Source: a virus. From it: DNA of 39,554 bases. This document shows positions 14,590 to 21,870 of the stretch, one piece after another; the stretch's first letter is position 1, and every line of letters starts with the position of its first letter. The stretch spans positions 1-39,554 of the IMG/VR virus record IMGVR_UViG_3300045988_120837, one strand, 5' to 3'. The notes below the pieces were generated by a model. The model saw only the letters and a list, made by a program, of their open reading frames with translations. It was not told where the DNA came from and searched no databases. The translations under genes were made by a program, and so were the position numbers.

Positions 14590-16197
14590 ATGAGATTCAA
14601 CCTGCGTCCCTACCAGGAGCAGGCTATAGCCGCAATCGAAGAGCGCTGGGAAGCGGGAGACCGCGCAACGCTCCTCGTACAGGCAACGGGCACCGGCAAG
14701 ACAATCGTCATGGCCGGCGTCACAGAGGACGCGGTCCGCGATGGCGGTCGCGTCCTCATTCTTGCCCACCGCGGCGAGCTGCTCCAGCAAGCAGCCGACA
14801 AGCTGCAATCATCGACGGGACTGCGCTGTTCGGTCGAGAAGGCCGAGGACACGAGCGTGGGAACCTTCGAGCGCGTGACGGTCGGATCCGTCCAGACTTT
14901 GTGCCGAGAGAAGCGCCTTCGGGCGCTCGGCAGGGACAGGTTCACGCACATCCTCATCGACGAGTGCCATCATGCCGTCTCATCGAGCTATCAGGCGGTG
15001 CTCGACTACTTTGCCGGTGCAAAAGTACTGGGCGTTACCGCCACGGCAGATCGCGGCGACCGCCAGAACCTCGGCAAGGTGTTCGACTCGCTGGCATTCG
15101 AGTACAACATGCCCGAGGCCATCAAGGACGGCTATCTGTGCCCGATCAAGGCGCAGACCGTGCCGCTACAGCTCGACATCTCCAATGTCTCGGTTCGCTC
15201 CGGCGACTGGGCGGCAGACGAGCTGGGCACAGCGCTCGACCCGTACCTTCCGCAAATCGCCCAGGAGATGAAGAACGCCGGGCTTGAGGAGCGCAAGACG
15301 GTCGTGTTCCTGCCGCTCATCAAGACAAGCCAGAAGTTCTGCCGCCTGCTCAACGAGTGCGGTTTTCGTGCCGTGGAGGTCAACGGGCAGAGCGAGGACC
15401 GCGCGCAAATCCTGAAAGACTTCGATGACGGCAAGTACGACGTGCTGTGCAACTCGCTCCTCCTGACTGAAGGATGGGACTGCCCGAGCGTCGACTGCAT
15501 CGTCAACCTCCGACCGACCAAGAGCCGAGCCCTCTTTGCTCAGATAGTGGGCCGAGGCACGCGCCTGTCGCCCGAGACGGGCAAGACCGACCTGCTGTTG
15601 CTCGACTTCCTGTGGATGACCGAGCGTTTGGAGTTAGTTCGCCCTGCAGCGCTCATTACGAGCTCTCGGGAGGTCGCGCAGAAGATGACCGCCATGGTCG
15701 AGCAGGCCGGATGCCCGGTCGACCTGCAGAAGGTCGAGAGCAAGGCATCTGACGAGGTGGTCGCGGAGCGCGAGGAGGCACTCGCCAAGCAGCTCGCCGA
15801 GCAGCGCAGGAAGAAGGCGAAGCTGGTCAACCCGCTGCAGTACGAGATGTCAATCGCCGCCGAGGACCTGAGCGGCTACATCCCCGAGTTCGCTTGGGAG
15901 ATGGCACCGGCCACCGACAAGCAGAAGGCGGCGCTCGAGAAGTACGGCATCGACGCTTCCGAGATCTCCAACGCCGGCAAGGCGTCGAAGCTACTCGGCC
16001 GTGTGAAGAAGCGCCGAGACAGCGGGCTCAGCTCACCCAAGCAGATCCGTCTGCTTGAGCGCCGTGGCTTCCGGCATGTCGGCACGTGGTCGATGGAAGC
16101 CGCAAGCTCGATGATTTCCAGAATCAGTGCGAGCGGATGGCGAATCCCGAGCGGCGTGAACCCCGCGACGTACGTACCGAATGAAAGGAATGAATAA
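14590..16197 (+). CDS. Superfamily-2 DEAD/DEAH-box helicase
   Basis: Motif I ATGTGKT, motif II DECHH, motif III TATA and a helicase C-terminal domain (..LLTEGWDCPSV..QIVGRGTR). Confidence 0.85.
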   Translation: MRFNLRPYQEQAIAAIEERWEAGDRATLLVQATGTGKTIVMAGVTEDAVRDGGRVLILAHRGELLQQAADKLQSSTGLRCSVEKAEDTSVGTFERVTVGSVQTLCREKRLRALGRDRFTHILIDECHHAVSSSYQAVLDYFAGAKVLGVTATADRGDRQNLGKVFDSLAFEYNMPEAIKDGYLCPIKAQTVPLQLDISNVSVRSGDWAADELGTALDPYLPQIAQEMKNAGLEERKTVVFLPLIKTSQKFCRLLNECGFRAVEVNGQSEDRAQILKDFDDGKYDVLCNSLLLTEGWDCPSVDCIVNLRPTKSRALFAQIVGRGTRLSPETGKTDLLLLDFLWMTERLELVRPAALITSSREVAQKMTAMVEQAGCPVDLQKVESKASDEVVAEREEALAKQLAEQRRKKAKLVNPLQYEMSIAAEDLSGYIPEFAWEMAPATDKQKAALEKYGIDASEISNAGKASKLLGRVKKRRDSGLSSPKQIRLLERRGFRHVGTWSMEAASSMISRISASGWRIPSGVNPATYVPNERNE

Positions 16198-16198
16198 G

Positions 16199-16582
16199 AT
16201 GGCAATTGAGCTGCCTAGAAATGCGAACGGTCAAATCATCCCGCTCGACACAACCATGATGTACCGCGATGACCGCAGTCAGTTTCGCGTGACAGATTTC
16301 TTCTACGAAGCGAAGCCAAATAGGTGGTTTGCACGTAATGGAAGCAGGTGTGTCGAAACCAGTAGGTTGTATCTCGACGCATCTGAAAAAGATAGTTTGG
16401 AGAAGCTGGCGGCTGATATAGACAGGACTCTTAATCACCCCCAAGGACTTGTCTGCGCATATGCCAACCGCAAAAGGCGCGAGTGCAATGGCTGCAAGCT
16501 CAGCGGGCATCTAAGTTGTCTCAAGGCTTTCACAAGCGACATTTCGTCCCGTGTCCACCGTCTGGCTGGTGATGCCAAATGA
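16199..16582 (+). CDS. Hypothetical Cys-containing protein, paralogue 1
   Basis: Similar over its full length to the next gene (IELPRNANGQIIPLDTTMMY vs VELPKDAEGREIPLDTTTLY; CNGCKLSG vs CNNCTISG). Alternative in-frame starts are at 16181 and 16190. Confidence 0.7.
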   Translation: MAIELPRNANGQIIPLDTTMMYRDDRSQFRVTDFFYEAKPNRWFARNGSRCVETSRLYLDASEKDSLEKLAADIDRTLNHPQGLVCAYANRKRRECNGCKLSGHLSCLKAFTSDISSRVHRLAGDAK

Positions 16583-16965
16583 GCGTAGAACTCCCCAAGG
16601 ATGCCGAAGGGCGAGAGATTCCGCTGGATACCACAACCCTGTACACGGCGGACGGAACCCAGTGTGACGTCTCGCACTTTACCTACTACCCGAAGTGCAA
16701 AATTACCGAGCAATCATGGCATATCGTGTTCACGAGCTGTTCCATCAAGCGTGCCTCTCGGGTGTACCTCACCCCGCCCGATAGCTGGGAGAAGCTGGAA
16801 GAGGACTTGGACAGGTGCATCAAAGAGAGCAACCTTTGCATGTACTACAACCAAAATTTGGACTGTAACAATTGCACCATCTCCGGCAATGAATCGCGTG
16901 GCTGCACTTCGATAGCGCTTGAGGACATCAAGAAGCGTATCCGCAAACTGAGGGGCGAGTGCTGA
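16579..16965 (+). CDS. Hypothetical Cys-containing protein, paralogue 2
   Basis: ATGA overlap with paralogue 1. Shares the N-terminal, middle (DS.EKL..D.DR) and C-terminal (CN.C..SG...I..R...L.G) blocks. Confidence 0.7.
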   Translation: MSVELPKDAEGREIPLDTTTLYTADGTQCDVSHFTYYPKCKITEQSWHIVFTSCSIKRASRVYLTPPDSWEKLEEDLDRCIKESNLCMYYNQNLDCNNCTISGNESRGCTSIALEDIKKRIRKLRGEC

Positions 16966-17225
16966 TGAACATGACACCCTGCTTCATTTCCGAAATGCCC
17001 GGAGAGAAAACGAAAGCGCTGCTTATCGGCTTCTATCAGAAAGCGTGGACGCATGATGCATCACCTCTAATCGGTGGATTTCCCGCCGGGCAAATCGCGT
17101 ACCCGGTCGCGGTCGTGCTGCTCAAATCTGGCGATGTTATTACCGTAAACGCTGAAAACGTGACCATCGACTCACCCGCAGAGCTGTTTGAGCAGTACGC
17201 ATGGATGGATGGTGAGGACGAATGA
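16965..17225 (+). CDS. Hypothetical protein (86 aa)
   Basis: TGATG coupling to the previous gene and ATGA coupling to the next gene. Confidence 0.6.
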   Translation: MNMTPCFISEMPGEKTKALLIGFYQKAWTHDASPLIGGFPAGQIAYPVAVVLLKSGDVITVNAENVTIDSPAELFEQYAWMDGEDE

Positions 17226-17410
17226 CCGGCAAAATCAAGCTAAAGCCATGTCCGTTCTGCGGCTCCACCAATCCGTTTAAATTCACCTGCTCAACATGTG
17301 GCAGCAATGAAAAAAGATACGGCTTCTATTGCTGGAACTGCAAGACGAAAGGTCCGCAGGCACCAAGCAAAGAGCTGGCGGCAGAAGCGTGGAACAGGAG
17401 GGTTCAATGA
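17222..17410 (+). CDS. Lar-family (restriction-alleviation-like) zinc-ribbon protein
   Basis: LKPCPFCGS...CWNC...GP...S.ELAAEAWNRR matches the characteristic Lar_restr_allev pattern. Confidence 0.7.
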   Translation: MTGKIKLKPCPFCGSTNPFKFTCSTCGSNEKRYGFYCWNCKTKGPQAPSKELAAEAWNRRVQ

Positions 17411-17637
17411 CAGCTCCGGCATCGACCAAATACAAGGTCAGCAAGAAGGCAATCAAGCGTTATCTGGCCGACCATGACCTCACGCAGAAGCAGCTGGCGC
17501 AGATGGCCGGCATCACGCCCGGTACGCTTAGCGCCCTCATCAGATTCCAGCGTGACATGCGCATCGGGAACCTGTTCGCGCTTGCCGACGCGATGCGGAT
17601 GGACCCGCGCGACCTCGTTGAGAAGGTGGACGAATGA
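17407..17637 (+). CDS. XRE-family HTH protein (76 aa)
   Basis: ..LTQKQLAQMAGITPGTLSALIRFQRDMRIGNLFALADAM.. ATGA coupling on both sides. Confidence 0.7.
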   Translation: MTAPASTKYKVSKKAIKRYLADHDLTQKQLAQMAGITPGTLSALIRFQRDMRIGNLFALADAMRMDPRDLVEKVDE

Positions 17638-17996
17638 TTACCGATGAGAAGCGGCGCGAGGTAGCGAAAAAGCTGCGCGAGCAGGCAGAAAATAGTTGCT
17701 TCACGCTGATGCAGTGGTGGGATCATTTACAGCTCACAGTAATGGGCAAGGTATATCTCACGGCTCCTGAGAAGGTCTACCTTGCCATTGCCGACCTTAT
17801 CGACCGCCCAATATGCCACGACCTTGTCGAGCACAAGCAAGACCCGTTTATTCCCGGCAAGCGGATGACCGACGGCTACTTCCACTGCTCAAACTGCGAT
17901 TGGAGCGGGCAACTTTGGGAGTACATCGGCTTCGGAGGCATGTTGGCCTATGAGCCGGTTCACTGTCCGAAGTGCGGGGAGAAGATTGAGCGATGA
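17634..17996 (+). CDS. Hypothetical zinc-ribbon protein (120 aa)
   Basis: HCSNCDW...HCPKCGE (a CxxC pair). ATGA coupling. Confidence 0.6.
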   Translation: MITDEKRREVAKKLREQAENSCFTLMQWWDHLQLTVMGKVYLTAPEKVYLAIADLIDRPICHDLVEHKQDPFIPGKRMTDGYFHCSNCDWSGQLWEYIGFGGMLAYEPVHCPKCGEKIER

Positions 17997-18018
17997 CTAC
18001 CGAAGAGCTGGACGAGAT

Positions 18019-18318
18019 ATGAGTAACGTCTACAAGCTGACGCAGAAGAGCGTCTGGACAAACAATGTCGGCAGGCACACCACTTGGTATCTCCTGGATG
18101 AGCACAAAATGGGCTACTACATCGACTACATCGAGTGGACGGCGCAGCGAGACTGGGGGCTTCTCAGGCTGGATTCCGAGTGCATGGCCTTCCGCTACAA
18201 CGGCAAGAAGGGCTGCGTGACCAGCTGGAGCGAACTCGATACCGTTCTCGGCATGGATCCGCAGGAGGCATTCGAGACCGTCTGCGAGCACCTCGGGATA
18301 AAGGTGAGATACCTCTAG
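18019..18318 (+). CDS. Hypothetical protein (99 aa)
   Basis: ATG 18019. The upstream part of track ORF 17950 is R-rich and overlaps the previous gene. Confidence 0.6.
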   Translation: MSNVYKLTQKSVWTNNVGRHTTWYLLDEHKMGYYIDYIEWTAQRDWGLLRLDSECMAFRYNGKKGCVTSWSELDTVLGMDPQEAFETVCEHLGIKVRYL

Positions 18319-18350
18319 TTGGAAAGGCCAGAACAATTTAATAGCAGGGG

Positions 18351-18386
18351 AAGGACGGTTGCATGCATGGCGACCGTCCTTTTTTC
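18351..18386 (+). terminator. Rho-independent terminator
   Basis: AAGGACGGT (18351-18359) pairs with ACCGTCCTT (18373-18381). The loop is 13 nt, followed by a T-run. Confidence 0.8.
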
Positions 18387-18436
18387 AATCGCCGCGATAA
18401 TCGCGGTCTGTCTTTACGGAGAAATGGAGAAATGAA

Positions 18437-18898
18437 ATGAATCCCAAAGGACCTAATCTCAAGGTCGTGCCGATCATGCTTGACGGCGATGACCTACTGC
18501 CGAAATACGCCCATGGCGTAGAGGACGCCGGGTGCGACCTCAAAGCGAATATCCCCAAACCAATCACCATTGCCCCGTGGAAATCGGTGTGGGTCGGCAC
18601 GGGAGTGCATCTGGCGATGCCGGAGGGCATGTTCGCGCTCCAGGCGCCGCGCTCGGGTATCGCCTGCAACGCCGGCGTCACGCTCGCCAACTCGCCCGGC
18701 ATCATCGACCCCGGCTATCGCGGCGAGGTCCGCTGCAAGCTGGTGAATCTGAGTGATGAGGCTTACACGGTCTACCCACTAGAGCGCATCGCCCAGCTGG
18801 TGTTCTTGCCGTTCGTAAACGCCGTTTTCACTGAGGTGGACAGCCTGCCGGAAAGCTCGCGCGGCGAGGACGGCTATGGAAGCACGGGGGCGATGTGA
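18437..18898 (+). CDS. dut: dUTP diphosphatase (trimeric dUTPase)
   Basis: Motifs ..AGCDLKA.., ..PRSGIA.., ..GIIDPGYRGEV.., ..RIAQLVF.. and ..RGEDGYGSTG. Confidence 0.9.
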   Translation: MNPKGPNLKVVPIMLDGDDLLPKYAHGVEDAGCDLKANIPKPITIAPWKSVWVGTGVHLAMPEGMFALQAPRSGIACNAGVTLANSPGIIDPGYRGEVRCKLVNLSDEAYTVYPLERIAQLVFLPFVNAVFTEVDSLPESSRGEDGYGSTGAM

Positions 18899-19071
18899 TG
18901 GCAGATCAGGTGGGAAAGCGCTGCGCCACGTGCAGGTTCTCAAAGAACCCGCACACGACCAAGAGCGCCGTGGTCGAGGTCAAGTACCTGACGTGCTGGC
19001 ACAACCTGCCGCACGAGTGCTGTCCGTGGAACAGGTGCGATTTCTGGGAGCCGAAGGAGGTCGAGCAATGA
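18898..19071 (+). CDS. Cys/His-rich mini-protein (57 aa)
   Basis: TGATG coupling to dut. Product is MADQVGKRCATCRFSK...LTCWHNLPHECCPWNRCDFW... Below the track cut-off. Confidence 0.55.
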   Translation: MADQVGKRCATCRFSKNPHTTKSAVVEVKYLTCWHNLPHECCPWNRCDFWEPKEVEQ

Positions 19072-19331
19072 GTGACCACCACGATGTGTACCAGTGGATT
19101 GCAGACAAAAGAATGAATCGGTACGCGCTGCCGCCGCAGGCGACTGAATCCGAAATGGAAACGCGCAATAAAGCTATCCGCGCCGTCGGTTTCCTTGAGG
19201 GTTTCGGTGCGCTTTTGTGGACGCAGGTCGGGCCCAATCTAGCGGACGAAGAAGTAGCGGAGTTTGAGAAGCGCGTTGCCGACATTGCTGCTTATATCGG
19301 ACTGCCGCCACGGGAGGTCGATGCCAAATGA
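19068..19331 (+). CDS. Hypothetical protein (87 aa)
   Basis: ATGA coupling at both ends. In frame with track ORF 18876..19331. Confidence 0.6.
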   Translation: MSDHHDVYQWIADKRMNRYALPPQATESEMETRNKAIRAVGFLEGFGALLWTQVGPNLADEEVAEFEKRVADIAAYIGLPPREVDAK

Positions 19332-19549
19332 GTCGCGATGGAGGTGGAGAAGTGCAGTTTAGTGCCTATTGCAAGGGTACTGAAATCTCATGTATGAGAA
19401 GCGGGTATGACCTTGCCCTAGATGGAATCGTAGCCACATTTATTGTCTTCAGTGACCTTGGCAGTGAAGATATCCGATTGCCATTTAAAGCAGAAGACGC
19501 CCCGACTATTGGCAAGCAGTACGAAATCGAGGTGCGCCCATGCAAGTAA
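19328..19549 (+). CDS. Hypothetical protein (73 aa)
   Basis: ATGA coupling and consistent codon bias. Confidence 0.55.
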   Translation: MSRDGGGEVQFSAYCKGTEISCMRSGYDLALDGIVATFIVFSDLGSEDIRLPFKAEDAPTIGKQYEIEVRPCK

Positions 19550-19860
19550 TGGGAGTGGAGCTTGAGGACAATGACCGCAAGGTTTTGACCTACGACGCGA
19601 ACTGCCCTCGCCATTATCTTGGTGACGGCTATATCACCGCGACCCGCGCCATGCGCTCAGCCATCGTGCAGTGGAAGGAAGAGTTTACCCACTCGGCAAT
19701 CATCGTCTGGTGGTGGTGCTGCGCTTTCAAATACGTCTGGCGCTGCCTTTCCAAAGGCCAGACGCTTTCCGATATCGACAAGGCCATAGACTGCCTGCGC
19801 AAGCTGCGCAAGGAGGTGGAACCGATATGCTCAAGTCATTCAGGCACAACCCCGCGCTAG
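19540..19860 (+). CDS. DUF3310-family protein
   Basis: ..HY.....I......FKYVWRCLSKGQTLSDIDKAIDCLRKL matches the DUF3310 signature (..KYlWRa..Kg...DL.KA..Yl..L). Confidence 0.65.
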   Translation: MQVMGVELEDNDRKVLTYDANCPRHYLGDGYITATRAMRSAIVQWKEEFTHSAIIVWWWCCAFKYVWRCLSKGQTLSDIDKAIDCLRKLRKEVEPICSSHSGTTPR

Positions 19861-20069
19861 AAGCCATGCTCTCGTTCGCGGGATGGCAAGGCGGCTTTAG
19901 CGAATCTGACAAGCGTGCCATGGCTGAATCATTGAACACGATCCGAATGGCCCTCGTTCAGCCATTCGGCGCTAATGCCGATGTAAAGCGGCGCGACTCT
20001 AAGTGCGTCACGGACGTTGAGTTTGACCGCGCCGTGATGGTGGTGCTGTCCTGCGCCCTCGCAATGTAG
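19827..20069 (+). CDS. Hypothetical protein (80 aa)
   Basis: ATG 10 nt after AGGAGG. In frame with track ORF 19671..20069. Confidence 0.55.
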   Translation: MLKSFRHNPALEAMLSFAGWQGGFSESDKRAMAESLNTIRMALVQPFGANADVKRRDSKCVTDVEFDRAVMVVLSCALAM

Positions 20070-20095
20070 CTCTCGGGCGCGTTGGACAAGACCCC

Positions 20096-20845
20096 ATGCG
20101 TGGGCGGTGCCGAATGAAGGCTAGCTACAGGCGCGATGTTTGTCCCCATTGCGACGAGCATTCAGCCGTAGGGATCGCATCTGGCATGTACAGGTGTGAG
20201 AGGTGCGGTCGCGAGATGCCCTTCAAGGAGGTCAACTACCGCACCGTCGCGGAGGTCGAGGCCGCGAAGGAGAAAGTTCGGGCGCGAGCGAAGGAGTTCG
20301 GTCGCACGCACTCGAAGAAATATCTCCGCGAACATGCCGACGAGATGAGCCAATCCGAACGCGAGATGACCGAGCACTACCTCGAGGTGCAGAAGGAGCG
20401 AATGCACCAAAGGCACCTCAAGAAGTACGCAAAGCTCAAGAGCGACCCCGCGGCGTACGAGCGGTACCTGAAGGACAACAGGCAGAGAAGCGCCCGGTGG
20501 AAACAGCGAAAACGCGAGGAATTCGAGCAGATCAAGCAAGAGGTGAGCGACGAGCTCGCAAAACAGAGGGAAAGGACAAGACAGATGGCAGGACACGAGA
20601 CCGTGCGCTCGACCGACTTGAGCGCACTCCAGGGCATCTTCTTCGAGGAGCTGGACAACCTGATGTCACTCGACATCAACGGCGATGACGAGGCAATCGA
20701 GCGCGAGATCAACCGTGCGAAGGCGGTGTCCGATGTGGGCGCACGCGCCATCGAGAACGCCAACACCGCCGTCGGCATCATCCGCGCACGCTCCGAGATG
20801 GCCGGCGCGAAGCTCGCGAGCGTCCCCGCGATGCTGAAGGCGTAG
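20096..20845 (+). CDS. Hypothetical zinc-ribbon / coiled-coil protein
   Basis: N-terminal CPHC...CERC, then a long K/R/E-rich helical region. Alternative ATG at 20114. Confidence 0.6.
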   Translation: MRGRCRMKASYRRDVCPHCDEHSAVGIASGMYRCERCGREMPFKEVNYRTVAEVEAAKEKVRARAKEFGRTHSKKYLREHADEMSQSEREMTEHYLEVQKERMHQRHLKKYAKLKSDPAAYERYLKDNRQRSARWKQRKREEFEQIKQEVSDELAKQRERTRQMAGHETVRSTDLSALQGIFFEELDNLMSLDINGDDEAIEREINRAKAVSDVGARAIENANTAVGIIRARSEMAGAKLASVPAMLKA

Positions 20846-20850
20846 AAGCG

Positions 20851-21870
20851 ATGAGCAGGGTTATGACGAAGGCGGAACATGCGTGGCTTCTCGACATGGC
20901 CCCGCGATTCCGCTCATGGGACGATCTCCTCGCCTCGTTCGAGTGCGCCTTCGGCTACCAGCCGAAGCGCCAGACCGCGCAATGCTACATCTCGAAGCAC
21001 GGCGTGAAGCTGATGAGCACCACCGTCCGCTGGCTGGAACATCCGGAGTATGACGAGTTCCTGCGGGAATTCGTCCCCGGCCACAACCAGGGCGAGATCA
21101 TCGACGAGTTCGAGAAAAGGTTCGATATTAGGTTGAGGGTCACACAGCTCAAAGACCGCGAGTCGACGCTGGGCCTGAAGCAGGGCACGTATGGAGGCAG
21201 GTTCGCGCCGGGAACGGTTCCGCCCAACAAGGGCAAGAAGCTGACGGACTACGTCAAGGACGAGGCGAAGCTGGCGAACATCCGCAGGTGCCAGTTCAAG
21301 AAGGGCGAGGAAGTCCACAACGAGTGCCCCATCGGAACGGAGCGCGTGAGCAGGGACGGCTATATCGAGGTCAAGGTGCCCAAGGAGGATGCCGACGACC
21401 GCGCCCACGGATGGTGGAAGCCGAAGCACCGGCTCATCTGGGAGCAGGTCAACGGTCGGAAGCTCCAGAAGGGCGAGAGCATCATGTTCGCCGACCGCGA
21501 CATGACGAACTTCGATCCCGAGAACCTCGTGATGGTCACGCAGGCGCAGCGGCTCTACATCAACAGGCACGGCATCCCGTACCACGATGCCGAGTCGCTG
21601 CGCACCGCAGTCGCCATGGCGAAACTGAACGAGGCGATCGTGAGCGCCGAGCTGAGGCCGCGCAAGTGCCCGTGCTGCGGAAAGACCTACAGGCCGCAAT
21701 ACAAGGCGCAGCGCACCTGCCGCGAGTGCCTGAAATCGGGACGCAAGGCCAAACGCAGTTACGGCATCACTGTGTGCGCCAAATGCGGCGCCACGTTCGA
21801 GAAGTTGAGCGCACGGGGGAAGTACTGTCCAAAGTGTCGCAAGAAGAAATACAGAAAGGAGAAGAGCTGA
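20851..21870 (+). CDS. HNH_3-like (homing-endonuclease-like) protein with a duplicated N-terminal module and C-terminal zinc ribbons
   Basis: ..DGYIEVKV...KHRLIWEQVNG...IMFADRDMTNFDPENLVMVT fits the HNH_3 layout, but Phe sits where the conserved His is expected. The C-terminus has CPCC...CREC and CAKC...CPKC. Confidence 0.6.
   Translation: MSRVMTKAEHAWLLDMAPRFRSWDDLLASFECAFGYQPKRQTAQCYISKHGVKLMSTTVRWLEHPEYDEFLREFVPGHNQGEIIDEFEKRFDIRLRVTQLKDRESTLGLKQGTYGGRFAPGTVPPNKGKKLTDYVKDEAKLANIRRCQFKKGEEVHNECPIGTERVSRDGYIEVKVPKEDADDRAHGWWKPKHRLIWEQVNGRKLQKGESIMFADRDMTNFDPENLVMVTQAQRLYINRHGIPYHDAESLRTAVAMAKLNEAIVSAELRPRKCPCCGKTYRPQYKAQRTCRECLKSGRKAKRSYGITVCAKCGATFEKLSARGKYCPKCRKKKYRKEKS

Noticed and set aside
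14193-15287. 364-aa plus-strand ORF in an alternative frame across DUF669 and the helicase.
   Set aside because: The product is extremely Arg/Pro/Gly-rich. The ORF overlaps two genes with clear motifs (DUF669-like N-terminus, helicase motifs I and II), so it is an off-frame artefact.
21288-21869. N-terminal 194-codon extension of the primase-helicase ORF (track ORF 21288..24179).
   Set aside because: The extension overlaps the HNH_3-like gene in another frame and translates to R/G/P-rich sequence. A TGATG-coupled ATG at 21870 begins the recognisable PriCT_2-like domain.
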